DNA of 64,000 bases from an uncultured bacterium (GCA_946560065.1 CAMNUE010000002.1:78950-142949), one strand, 5' to 3'. Positions 9,895 through 18,236 are shown, counted from the stretch's first letter. Notes: generated from the letters alone by a model not told the origin. Numbers and translations: made by a program.

Positions 9895-10146
9895 TCATTT
9901 TAAATATGCAACAAACGAAAGATTTCGATTTATTGCTTTTTTATTTCCAGACTTTTTATAGGGAGCAGGGTCTTCCTCTCCTCCATCTAAAATTGGATGA
10001 ATATACACTAATTTCCCACAAAATTGAAATTCTTTTTCAATTTCTTCAATACCATATTTTCGAATGCGATTATTGCCAATCAGGCAATTTCCATTCAAGT
10101 CTAAACATTGAATCATCCAAGGTTCAATACTTTTTAATTGTTCCAT
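9895..10146 (-). CDS. hypothetical small protein
   Basis: The ORF-track start 10164 is TTG; the first ATG is 10146. Weak RBS. Overlaps the 3' end of the upstream gene. Confidence 0.4.
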   Translation of the reverse strand: MEQLKSIEPWMIQCLDLNGNCLIGNNRIRKYGIEEIEKEFQFCGKLVYIHPILDGGEEDPAPYKKSGNKKAINRNLSFVAYLK

Positions 10147-10345
10147 TTTCTTTTTTTTCTCCAAAAGTATAAATAAGGTGGCTTTCTTCTAATGACCGAA
10201 GATCTATTTCAAGCTGTTTTTCATCATAGTTTAATTCTTTTGCAAGGACATGAACACGTCGGTTCATATCCTCTGCATAAAGAATTCTTTCTAAGGCTCC
10301 AATCAACCTTTTACAATTTCTAATCATTTCATCTTGATGGTTCAT
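10124..10345 (-). CDS. small protein directly downstream of parA (possible centromere-binding partner)
   Basis: 73 aa, starting 3 nt after the parA stop. The role is inferred from position only. Confidence 0.4.
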   Translation of the reverse strand: MNHQDEMIRNCKRLIGALERILYAEDMNRRVHVLAKELNYDEKQLEIDLRSLEESHLIYTFGEKKENGTIKKY

Positions 10346-10347
10346 TT

Positions 10348-11256
10348 TTAATATCCCAATTTTGTACGAACATCATCCAAAATTTCTTCTAAATAGTTTT
10401 GATAATCTTCTTTAACACCTGATGTCAGATTATCTTCTAATAAAATGCGATTATTAAGTGCTGCTAATTCTACAGGTTTTCCTTGAAAACGAATTTCCTG
10501 CTTGAATACCCTTTCTGGAAAAATATGACGCAACGTTTTAATCCACTCTTCATTGATTTTGTTGCGCTGTTTTAACGTAATTAACAACTTCACATCATAC
10601 GGTAGACGTTCTTCTTTGATCCATTCAATCAAGATTTCAATCGTTGCACCTAATCCGTTGATTGATCGATCAGAAATATTGAGTGGAACAATAATCGTAT
10701 CTCCCTCTTTACAGCAGGCACAGACTCCATTGTATGTCAACGAACTTTCAAACGGGCTGTTATCAATGATAATAACATCGTAATCATTATCAACATAGGA
10801 AAGAGCTGTTCTTAACTTTGCACTCGGATTTTTCCCCGATAATTTTAAGAAACCATCCGTCATCGACAATTCATCCGATGCTGGAATAATATCTAAATTG
10901 GAATATTTTGTCTTATAAATCGCATCCTTAACCAAAATAGGCTTTTTGAGAACATCGTTAATATCTGTCTGGTATTTTCGTTCTTTGGTGAATCCTCTCG
11001 ATGCCAGGGCTTTATAACTTTTCAAAATACCATTTTTGTCTTTACATTTGTCATACCATTCACGAATGTTGATAGCATCCTGTTCGCTGACTTCGTTATC
11101 ATCTTTCATCAAAGTCGATTGCCCATTTGCCTGCGGATCAAGCGGAATAAACAAAGTTCTATAACCACTCTGTGAAAGTCCATATGCCATATTGAGTGCT
11201 GTCTCTGTTTTTCCTACACCACCTTTGCGGTTTAAAATGTTATAAGTAATTGCCAT
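10348..11256 (-). CDS. parA: ParA/Soj-family partition ATPase
   Basis: ORF trimmed to ATG 11256 (AAGGAG 9 nt upstream). Deviant Walker A: MAITYNILNRKGGVGKTETALNMAYGL. Confidence 0.9.
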   Translation of the reverse strand: MAITYNILNRKGGVGKTETALNMAYGLSQSGYRTLFIPLDPQANGQSTLMKDDNEVSEQDAINIREWYDKCKDKNGILKSYKALASRGFTKERKYQTDINDVLKKPILVKDAIYKTKYSNLDIIPASDELSMTDGFLKLSGKNPSAKLRTALSYVDNDYDVIIIDNSPFESSLTYNGVCACCKEGDTIIVPLNISDRSINGLGATIEILIEWIKEERLPYDVKLLITLKQRNKINEEWIKTLRHIFPERVFKQEIRFQGKPVELAALNNRILLEDNLTSGVKEDYQNYLEEILDDVRTKLGY

Positions 11257-11281
11257 GTTGTTGTTCTCCTTGGTGTCTTTT

Positions 11282-11343
11282 ACCACCGACACAAGCAGTC
11301 AGCTTGTGTTTCGTCGCAATTTTCAGCGACTCATCAGGGCGAT
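11282..11343 (-). ncRNA. hammerhead ribozyme motif, type I topology (copy 1)
   Basis: Minus-strand RNA: AUCGCC CUGAUGA GUCGC-UGAAAAUU-GCGAC GAA ACACAAGC-UGACU-GCUUGUGU C GGUGGU. All invariant core positions and three stems are present. Confidence 0.8.
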
Positions 11344-11390
11344 TTTTATATTGTGTCTTTATTGTTTATTAAATTGTTTTGTTTAACAAC

Positions 11391-11615
11391 TCACTCTACT
11401 TCTTCTACATCATTTTTATTGATAGGATATTTTGTTCCCTCGTTGTCACAAGCAATATATTCCAATTCACCAAATATCAGCGCTTTCCAATCGTTTTTAT
11501 GAACTTCTTTTCCATCTAGTTCATTCATAAGTTCCGTTGTTTCATCATCCACTTTATCAAGTAGATTTTCTGTTTCTAACCTTTTTAACATTAACTCTTT
11601 TCTAAAAACTAACAT
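11391..11615 (-). CDS. hypothetical small acidic protein
   Basis: 74 aa, preceded by the shared GGAGAACAAC RBS module and promoter copy A. Confidence 0.6.
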   Translation of the reverse strand: MLVFRKELMLKRLETENLLDKVDDETTELMNELDGKEVHKNDWKALIFGELEYIACDNEGTKYPINKNDVEEVE

Positions 11616-11660
11616 TGTTGTTCTCCTCTGGTGTCATATTTCATCCTTATTTCTATACTT

Positions 11661-11689
11661 ATTATACTACACATTGTGTAGTATAGCAA
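11661..11689 (-). promoter_or_regulatory. promoter-operator copy A
   Basis: Minus strand TTGCTA-N17-TATAAT. The spacer plus the first 2 nt of the -10 form the palindrome TACTACACAATGTGTAGTA. Confidence 0.75.
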
Positions 11690-11693
11690 GTTT

Positions 11694-11882
11694 TTATTTA
11701 CCTTTTTTTTCACTGTTAATTAAAATTTCATCCAGGGCATCGATTTGTTTTTGAAGTTCAAATTTTAAATTATTAGCTATTTCTTTTTGAGAGTATTTTT
11801 CCCTTATCGAACCCAAGGTATTATATAAAATATATGATAAATCCTCGATAATAAAAAATAATGTTTTTTCTTTTTTATTCAT
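11694..11882 (-). CDS. hypothetical small protein
   Basis: 62 aa; overlaps the end of the upstream gene by 8 nt (coupled). Confidence 0.45.
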   Translation of the reverse strand: MNKKEKTLFFIIEDLSYILYNTLGSIREKYSQKEIANNLKFELQKQIDALDEILINSEKKGK

Positions 11883-12951
11883 GATAATCCCTTTCTATTT
11901 TTTTGTTTTCCTGATTATTCACAACTTGATTGATCGTGATCGGCAATTCTGAATCATCCAACATTTCTTGATGAATGATTGATGGAGCAATCCAATTCAA
12001 TTTTAGTTGTCGGTTTTGTTCTTTCTTGCTACCGATCCAGTAATGATGCCAATGTCCTTTGCGAACATGAGGTCTTTTTTGGCTTCCATTCTTTTGCAAG
12101 ACAATTATTTTTTGCCTATTATTTATCGGTTCTGGAATAGCAACATCATTAGCATGTACTTTTACTGTCTTTCGAATAACTTCTGATATTTTTCTTCCAC
12201 ATTCAAATTGACGTACTTCTTTGTATTGATCTTTAATTACTGCTCTTTTCTTATACACCTTTCCATCTTCATTTTTTTCACTAATTTCCGCATTCTGTGC
12301 ACAAATATAAAGCAGAAGCTGCATCACAGAAGTAACTAACCGAATATATTGCTCTGCTTGATTTTTATAATCCTGTTCAGAACAAGGATGCCTTTTTTGC
12401 GTAAAAGATGAATATTGATCGAAAAAATGTGAAAACACATTCTTTATATTTTGACCTTTTGCTACGTAAAGTGGCACTGGAATTAGTAAATCTTTGGTTA
12501 CTAGCATCAAACGAAATTGCTTTTTATTATTCTTTACTAGATAAAAAGCAAAAAAACCAAGTATATCCATAATATTTAAATTCTTAGTTTCAATAAAGAT
12601 ACATGAATAAGGAAGATTTTGTAAAACATCTACGGGAACATTAAAATCTTCCGTCGCTTGCTCATATAAAAGTTTTTCCAGTTCTCCGTAAAAACTATAA
12701 ATTTGTTTATTTTTTCTCCACATACTCAATGCTGTGAGCATTTCTAAATCAATCGCAACAGAACTCATATAGTCAATCTTATCCAACACTTTCCGTTCCT
12801 TGCTCATAACTATACGAGCTATTGACTTGATGGTTGGAGATTCCTCATTAGAATTCAGGCACTTTTCATATTCAATTTTTTCCCAGCATTTTGTATAATT
12901 CTTGGAATATAACTTTACAAGTTCCAAAGGAACGCAAGTTGATTTACTCAT
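11875..12951 (-). CDS. hypothetical protein
   Basis: 358 aa; overlaps the ssb stop by 8 nt. C-terminal RPHVRKGHWHHYWIGSKK motif, not assigned to any family. Confidence 0.6.
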   Translation of the reverse strand: MSKSTCVPLELVKLYSKNYTKCWEKIEYEKCLNSNEESPTIKSIARIVMSKERKVLDKIDYMSSVAIDLEMLTALSMWRKNKQIYSFYGELEKLLYEQATEDFNVPVDVLQNLPYSCIFIETKNLNIMDILGFFAFYLVKNNKKQFRLMLVTKDLLIPVPLYVAKGQNIKNVFSHFFDQYSSFTQKRHPCSEQDYKNQAEQYIRLVTSVMQLLLYICAQNAEISEKNEDGKVYKKRAVIKDQYKEVRQFECGRKISEVIRKTVKVHANDVAIPEPINNRQKIIVLQKNGSQKRPHVRKGHWHHYWIGSKKEQNRQLKLNWIAPSIIHQEMLDDSELPITINQVVNNQENKKIERDYHE

Positions 12952-13288
12952 CTTGCGCTCCTTGATTTTTAAAACTTAGAAATTCAATTTTCTCAACCAG
13001 AATAAACATTCTTTCGACTGAGTTTCCATTTTTATTTACATATTTATTTTTATCCAATTTGCCTTCAATCAACACACTAGCTCCTTTGCTTGTGTATTTA
13101 CACAACATTTCAGCGGTTTTATTCCATGCCGTGCAATCGACAAACAATGTTTCTTTTTCTTTGATAGCTAAACCAAAATTGACTACTTTTGATTCTCCAA
13201 AAGTTTTCAATTCCAAATTTGTTGAAATACGCCCAGTAACAATTACTTTATTCATAAAATATTCGGAGCGGACATACACGATTCTCAT
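12944..13288 (-). CDS. ssb: single-stranded DNA-binding protein (OB fold), no canonical acidic tip
   Basis: MNKVIVTGRISTNLELKTFGESKVVNFGLA...FVDCTAWNKTAEMLCKYTSKGASVLIEGKL. GGGAG RBS supports ATG 13288; the alternative start is 13255. Ends ...KNQGAQDE rather than D-D-D-(I/L)-P-F. Confidence 0.8.
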   Translation of the reverse strand: MRIVYVRSEYFMNKVIVTGRISTNLELKTFGESKVVNFGLAIKEKETLFVDCTAWNKTAEMLCKYTSKGASVLIEGKLDKNKYVNKNGNSVERMFILVEKIEFLSFKNQGAQDE

Positions 13289-13386
13289 GAGAGGAAACTC
13301 CCTTTTTCTCCCTGTTTGTTTTTACATCCTTTGTTCCTCATTTTAAAATTTGATTTTTCTAAAAAGATTGTTTGTCTACCTTCTTA

Positions 13387-13854
13387 TTAGACTTTCCAAT
13401 CAAGCGGCTGTCCACATCTTGGACAATGGCTTGGCTTTTCTTCGTAATAATTAAGACCACATTTAGGACAAAGCGGAACACTGCATTTTGGCGTATACCG
13501 CCAATTTGGCTCTTTTGGTTTGGAGTTATAAAATTCGAAGAAAAATGTTCCATCAAATGGCTTCAAGTTAATTACTCCAAAGCTCATACTTACCTTTACG
13601 TTATAATCATTCGCAATCCACTCATGCAGCGTTTTTAAATACTCTCTAAGCCCTTCCAGATCCATCAAATTCTTATAGTGATTACACAATTCACAGCTCG
13701 GAAACAAATTGTCAAAGTCATTCGTTCCACCCTGACGGATAGACTTTACATAATCAACTTTCATATCTTTCAAGTCGATTTTTTCTCCACAATAAGCGCA
13801 ATGCCCATCGAATTTATCGTACACATTTTTTTGCACACTTTTTGAAAAGCTCAT
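13387..13854 (-). CDS. HNH-family protein with C-terminal zinc ribbon
   Basis: ORF trimmed to ATG 13854 (13869 is GTG). CAYCGEKIDLKDMKVDYVKSIRQGGTNDFDNLFPSCELCNHYK. C-terminal CPKCG..CPRCG. Confidence 0.75.
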   Translation of the reverse strand: MSFSKSVQKNVYDKFDGHCAYCGEKIDLKDMKVDYVKSIRQGGTNDFDNLFPSCELCNHYKNLMDLEGLREYLKTLHEWIANDYNVKVSMSFGVINLKPFDGTFFFEFYNSKPKEPNWRYTPKCSVPLCPKCGLNYYEEKPSHCPRCGQPLDWKV

Positions 13855-13865
13855 CTTATTTTCCT

Positions 13866-14057
13866 TCACTTTCTATTTTTTTCAGAACGCCATAATAATT
13901 CGTAATAAACAATCACTAAATCAAACAGAATCATTCCAAAAATCAATTCAACCCAGCTCTTAGACCAATAACCGATAAATCCAGCTATTGTCAGCATAAG
14001 CGCATAAGGAAAGAATTTTACCGCCTGGGAAAAAAGTTTCTTCACTTTTTCCATCAC
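13866..14057 (-). CDS. small two-helix membrane protein
   Basis: 63 aa, hydrophobic (FFPYALMLTIAGFIGYW; IFGMILFDLVIVYY). Overlaps both neighbours by 4 nt. Confidence 0.5.
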   Translation of the reverse strand: MMEKVKKLFSQAVKFFPYALMLTIAGFIGYWSKSWVELIFGMILFDLVIVYYELLWRSEKNRK

Positions 14058-14947
14058 TTAGACCTTTCTGCTCGAATGAATGCCGTAGTAATATGATTCA
14101 ATTCTTCATCTTCCTTTAAAGCAATCAAAATGCGATCTAGATCGAAGATATTTGCATACGTGATTGTCAACTTTTTTTCTGAGATTGTTACACCTGCATC
14201 TGTAACATCAATGATGTGTTGTTTAACATCTTTCAGTATTTCCTTAATCGCATCTGTTGTACCAGAAGCAGTTTTTTGTTTTTTAGCAGATTCTTTTTTT
14301 TGTTCTTTTCCCGAAAATTCACCCGTCAAATATTTTTGAACCTGGCGACCAGAAATATTTGATCCATCACGATTCATGAAATTGGTTTTTGTTGCAATCC
14401 AATCTCTTTTAGAAATTCCTTTCTGTAGGTATCTTTTTTCTTCCAAAAGTTCAGCTTGGAATGGATTGTCTGTAGCTTTAATCTGCCGATCCAGTTCTTT
14501 ATCCTTTTGTTTGTAATGTTCATAAACTTTTTCGTAATTTTGAATAATAACACGTTTATCATCTTCAGATAAATACCGCTGATGATTATCTCCCATTATC
14601 ATCGCCATTTCCTCAGCTTCAGTTTCAGGCTTACGAACCACATACATCGGGAACATTCCATCATGGCGACCTTCCTTATATAACAACAAAAGTGCCCTGT
14701 AGCGTGTCTCACCACCAATCAGCGTATAATGTTTTCCATCATCATCTTCTTGATAATAGACACGCCCATTATTGACATTTTCTCGTTCAATTTCGTTTGC
14801 CAGCGAACGGACCTCTTCATCATAAATGTGAAAGAAATTCAGCTTATTAGGACGAATATCATTCACGTGAATAAACTCAAACGTTGGCTTATTGCTCGCC
14901 ATCTGTTCCCCAACTGTCCCAGTATAAATTTCCTCAAGCATGCTCAT
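14054..14947 (-). CDS. ParB/Srx-like nuclease-domain protein
   Basis: IHVNDIRPNKLNFFHIY...HYTLIGGETRYRALLLL (ParB-type GxxRxxA box). Confidence 0.75.
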   Translation of the reverse strand: MSMLEEIYTGTVGEQMASNKPTFEFIHVNDIRPNKLNFFHIYDEEVRSLANEIERENVNNGRVYYQEDDDGKHYTLIGGETRYRALLLLYKEGRHDGMFPMYVVRKPETEAEEMAMIMGDNHQRYLSEDDKRVIIQNYEKVYEHYKQKDKELDRQIKATDNPFQAELLEEKRYLQKGISKRDWIATKTNFMNRDGSNISGRQVQKYLTGEFSGKEQKKESAKKQKTASGTTDAIKEILKDVKQHIIDVTDAGVTISEKKLTITYANIFDLDRILIALKEDEELNHITTAFIRAERSK

Positions 14948-14998
14948 ATAGCAATCTCCTCTCTGTCAAATGACTTCTTTTTGTATACCACTTAAAAT

Positions 14999-15007
14999 AT
15001 TATAACA
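14999..15007 (-). promoter_or_regulatory. extended -10 promoter element for the ParB-like operon
   Basis: Minus strand TGTTATAAT about 45 nt before ATG 14947; no good -35. Confidence 0.4.
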
Positions 15008-15029
15008 TTGTTTTGTTGGATAAGAAAAA

Positions 15030-15042
15030 GGAACTGAGTTCC
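15030..15042. repeat. GGAACTNAGTTCC palindrome, copy 1
   Basis: aaaaaGGAACTGAGTTCCttttt; intergenic, 72 nt after the stop at 15114. Confidence 0.9.
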
Positions 15043-15113
15043 TTTTTCTATTCACTTATTCAATGCCATAAATTTCTTCCTAGTCAGGAATTTCAGACAT
15101 ATCGTACACATGT

Positions 15114-15452
15114 TTAATCATCCTGTTCTTCGCCCTTCTCAATTGCCAAAAGCTTTTTTCGGCAAGCGTCATATTGAATGTATTCTCCATATCCATTGCT
15201 GAGCATTTCGGCTGCTTTAACGGCTTCCAAAACCGTCATCCAATAATAGTCGTAATCCCATACTTCTGGTCTTCCTTGTTCGCAATCAATATCTGCTTTT
15301 TCAATTTTAGCCACAAATTCATCGCTATTAAGATTATATTTGCTGTAATCCGTATCTCCAATTTCTGGAAGTTCGTCTACAATGATTGCATTAATATAGT
15401 ATGCAGTATTTGTACTTTCATTGGTGTTTGTTTTAACTTCAATTGTTTTCAT
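15114..15452 (-). CDS. hypothetical acidic protein (cassette gene)
   Basis: ORF 15114..15524 trimmed to ATG 15452, which carries the shared GAGGAGAACAAC RBS. The longer ORF would read through promoter copy B. Confidence 0.65.
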   Translation of the reverse strand: MKTIEVKTNTNESTNTAYYINAIIVDELPEIGDTDYSKYNLNSDEFVAKIEKADIDCEQGRPEVWDYDYYWMTVLEAVKAAEMLSNGYGEYIQYDACRKKLLAIEKGEEQDD

Positions 15453-15495
15453 GGTGTTGTTCTCCTCTGGATGTCTCATCCTTATTTCTATATTT

Positions 15496-15524
15496 ATTAT
15501 ACTACACATTGTGTAGTATATCAA
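15496..15524 (-). promoter_or_regulatory. promoter-operator copy B
   Basis: TTGATA-N17-TATAAT with the perfect palindrome TACTACACAATGTGTAGTA. Confidence 0.8.
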
Positions 15525-15862
15525 TCTTTTTTGCTTTTTATTTTGTCATTTGTGATGTAAATGTAACCAATAAGCATTCTTGAAATATCTGGAATTTTCT
15601 TTCGATCCCACACCCAGGATTGTATGGTTCGTGGGTTGATTCCTAGATATTTCCCTATAATCTCAAACTTTGCTGTTTTATTTATGTTAAAAAATTCTTT
15701 TGGGGATGCTTTGGCAACATGCCAGATTTTAGACAGTAGATCTTCTGTCAAACCACTCTTCTGATTTTCCATTTCGGAAATCTCGTTTAAAAATTCTTCA
15801 ACACTATTTTTCTTTAAAGCTATCTTGTACAAAAATACATATAAATCATATTTAATGTTCAT
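15521..15862 (-). CDS. putative HTH DNA-binding protein
   Basis: Trimmed to ATG 15862 (AAAGGAG 8 nt upstream). IIGKYLGINPRTIQSWVWDRKKIP resembles an HTH. Confidence 0.5.
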   Translation of the reverse strand: MNIKYDLYVFLYKIALKKNSVEEFLNEISEMENQKSGLTEDLLSKIWHVAKASPKEFFNINKTAKFEIIGKYLGINPRTIQSWVWDRKKIPDISRMLIGYIYITNDKIKSKKD

Positions 15863-15876
15863 TCTGTATACTCCTT

Positions 15877-16623
15877 TCAATAATTCGGTTCAATTGAAAG
15901 ACTAGATTTCAAAATTTCCACCTTTTCATCCAATTCTAAAAAAGTTGCTTTTTTATAAAAAATCCTTTCTTCCAAAACCGTTCTTTCCTTTCCATACTGA
16001 TCGATATAATCGACTACACTATTCCCATTTTTGCTCATTCTTAATTCTCGTACACGATCGGGATAACACATTAAATATGCGCCAATACAATCAAATGGAA
16101 TTTTATATATTTTTTCAAACTTTTTTTCGTTGCTTAAAATAGTTATCTCTTTTTCTTCCCACTTTATTTCAAAATACTCATTTTCAAGTGCTGCCCATTG
16201 TTCATTAATCACAATGCCTTTCAGGCAAGTATTTTCAACTGCTTTTGCAAACAATGAAATATCTTTTGGATTAAACTTTTCTTGAATGACATGAAATGGT
16301 TTTGCATCGCCGTCGTGATAAACAAATACTTGTACTAATCCTGATTTATTTATAAAAATTCGAATTGCTCCAACCTCTGTTCCACCTTGATTTTCTTCAT
16401 ACCAAACTGTAAATGGTGGAATGCGATCGTTCACATTCCAATCAAATTCAAATCCATTTTGACGATCATCATAATAGGTGTAACCTAATTTGTACTTTTC
16501 CTCAGTGCTTAAATAAGAGCAGGCTCGATCGATCCATTCTTGAATCAAACTAACTTTAAATTCACGTGGCTTTTTCATTATATTTTCCTCCTGGTTTTTA
16601 CTTGTTTTCTTCCGAAAATTCAT
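15877..16623 (-). CDS. hypothetical protein (cassette gene)
   Basis: Trimmed to ATG 16623 (shared AAGGAGAACAAC RBS). The alternative ATG 16578 has AGGAGG. Confidence 0.6.
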   Translation of the reverse strand: MNFRKKTSKNQEENIMKKPREFKVSLIQEWIDRACSYLSTEEKYKLGYTYYDDRQNGFEFDWNVNDRIPPFTVWYEENQGGTEVGAIRIFINKSGLVQVFVYHDGDAKPFHVIQEKFNPKDISLFAKAVENTCLKGIVINEQWAALENEYFEIKWEEKEITILSNEKKFEKIYKIPFDCIGAYLMCYPDRVRELRMSKNGNSVVDYIDQYGKERTVLEERIFYKKATFLELDEKVEILKSSLSIEPNY

Positions 16624-16670
16624 AGTTGTTCTCCTTCTTAGATGCCTCATCCTTTATCTTTACGTCTTAA

Positions 16671-16699
16671 ATTATACTACACGTTGTGTAGTTATACAA
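16671..16699 (-). promoter_or_regulatory. promoter-operator copy C
   Basis: TTGTAT-N17-TATAAT; operator arms ACTACAC/GTGTAGT with centre AAC. Confidence 0.7.
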
Positions 16700-16720
16700 T
16701 ATTTTTTGTAGTTTCACCCT

Positions 16721-16744
16721 AAAAAAAGCCGCTCATCGAGCGAC
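16721..16744 (-). terminator. intrinsic terminator
   Basis: Minus strand GUCGCUC-GAU-GAGCGGC followed by U7. Confidence 0.7.
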
Positions 16745-16786
16745 CTTCCTTTTAATGATTAAAACCTCATTTTTCTATAAGATCAA

Positions 16787-17119
16787 TCAGTCTTCAATGA
16801 TTTCCGATTTCACAACTCTAAAACTTCCTTTGTTTGCCCAATAATTTGCGACGGCTTTCTCGCTATCAGCACCATCAGGCACATAATGCGGAATTATAAG
16901 GATAATCTCATTATCCTTCTGCCGTAGCTTAAGTACCGTATTCAACGGAAGCGTGATGCCGTTGATCGTGATCATGTATTCGTCGCCAATCGTTTCGTAA
17001 ATTTCGTATTCATCTGGAATTGTGATTTCCACGTTGTCGTATATGTCCGAGCAAATGAATGGAACCCTCAAAAATTTACCAAAATTTGAATAACCAATTT
17101 GACCTCTAACCTTTGTCAT
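16787..17119 (-). CDS. hypothetical protein (cassette gene)
   Basis: 110 aa with AGGAGGAAG RBS; flanked by promoter copy D and a terminator. Confidence 0.65.
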   Translation of the reverse strand: MTKVRGQIGYSNFGKFLRVPFICSDIYDNVEITIPDEYEIYETIGDEYMITINGITLPLNTVLKLRQKDNEIILIIPHYVPDGADSEKAVANYWANKGSFRVVKSEIIED

Positions 17120-17184
17120 TTTAATCTTCCTCCTTTTTACTTTGATTTCTTCTTAGATATTTTATCCTTTATCTTTACGCCTTT

Positions 17185-17213
17185 ACTATACTACACTACG
17201 TGTAGTATAGCAA
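17185..17213 (-). promoter_or_regulatory. promoter-operator copy D
   Basis: TTGCTA-N17-TATAGT; operator TACTACAC-GTA-GTGTAGTA. Confidence 0.7.
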
Positions 17214-17223
17214 CATTTCTTTT

Positions 17224-17248
17224 AAAAAAGTCGCTTATTTCAGCGACT
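17224..17248 (-). terminator. intrinsic terminator
   Basis: Minus strand AGUCGCU-GAAAUA-AGCGACU followed by U6. Confidence 0.75.
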
Positions 17249-17789
17249 AATATACCTCTTTCATTATTGTAAACAAACGACCAGCAAGTGGATTTTGTTC
17301 ATACGTTTCCATATACAATGTTGGTACTTTATATTTTTTCTTTATGTTCTGGATTTCATTGGCTGATTGACAAGCCTTTTCTACATCAAAACTTTGTAAG
17401 TTTTCAATACTAGATTCAATCGAATCAATGCGAGTTTGGATCAAACTTCTAAATTTATCAATATCGATTCGATTTTCATCATCTGTAATCGTAGTTGTAT
17501 ACCTGTTTCCGTTTGATCCTTGGAAGTTAATACCATACATGTGTCTATCTACAAATTTTAATGGATGCATTTCATAGATGCCATAAGGATTTTTCCAAAT
17601 ATTCCATGTCGTATTTTCTGTTAAGAAATTACAAAAACGTTTATTTAAAATTTTTTTATTCCATTTTTCAAGGTTAGGAACTTCCAATAAACTTGAAATT
17701 TCTTTTTTCAATGCGGTATATGCTTCTAATTCAGCTCGATAAGTAGATTTAATCGTTTCGATTTCCTTTTCAGTAAAAGTTGCTATCAT
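17247..17789 (-). CDS. hypothetical protein (cassette gene)
   Basis: Trimmed to ATG 17789 (GAGGAGAACAAC RBS). The longer ORF would read through the hammerhead. Confidence 0.65.
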   Translation of the reverse strand: MIATFTEKEIETIKSTYRAELEAYTALKKEISSLLEVPNLEKWNKKILNKRFCNFLTENTTWNIWKNPYGIYEMHPLKFVDRHMYGINFQGSNGNRYTTTITDDENRIDIDKFRSLIQTRIDSIESSIENLQSFDVEKACQSANEIQNIKKKYKVPTLYMETYEQNPLAGRLFTIMKEVY

Positions 17790-17810
17790 GTTGTTCTCCT
17801 CTGGTGTCCT

Positions 17811-17867
17811 ATCACCGACACCCTTGCGAGTGTTTCGTCGCAATTTTCAGCGACTCGTCAGGGTGAC
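17811..17867 (-). ncRNA. hammerhead ribozyme motif, type I topology (copy 2)
   Basis: GUCACC CUGACGA GUCGC-UGAAAAUU-GCGAC GAA ACACUC-GCAA-GGGUGU C GGUGAU. Stems I and III differ from copy 1 but still pair. Confidence 0.8.
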
Positions 17868-17884
17868 TTATCCATTTCAAATCT

Positions 17885-18193
17885 TTAATCAAAATTTATA
17901 GGGCAGATTCGATACAGAATCTGTACCTTCCCCTCAATTTCGTAAACACATCTATCATCAGTAAGTTTCAAGTAGCGTTCAATTGGTTCTACTATGTTCA
18001 CTTCTCCTTTACCTTGCTTCATTATCTGGATAAAGCAATCTGGAATGTTTTCCATCTCTTCATGAAGATCTCGAAGAATTTCCATGTGTGCTTCTTCCTT
18101 TGTGTCATGTAGGAGACTTCCTACAATCACAGTTTGGCATTTTGGCGATCCCTTAAACCATGGATATGTTGCAGTTACGATGTATTTTTTCAT
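17885..18193 (-). CDS. hypothetical protein (cassette gene)
   Basis: Trimmed to ATG 18193 (AAGGAGAACAAC RBS). Confidence 0.65.
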   Translation of the reverse strand: MKKYIVTATYPWFKGSPKCQTVIVGSLLHDTKEEAHMEILRDLHEEMENIPDCFIQIMKQGKGEVNIVEPIERYLKLTDDRCVYEIEGKVQILYRICPINFD

Positions 18194-18236
18194 AATGTTG
18201 TTCTCCTTTGGATGTCTCATCCTTATTTCTATATTT

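Noticed and set aside
12560-12660. PD-(D/E)XK-like nuclease motif (VPVD...CIFIETK) in 11875..12951.
   Set aside because: The short pattern occurs by chance at high frequency, and I could not verify any supporting secondary-structure context or additional conserved residues.
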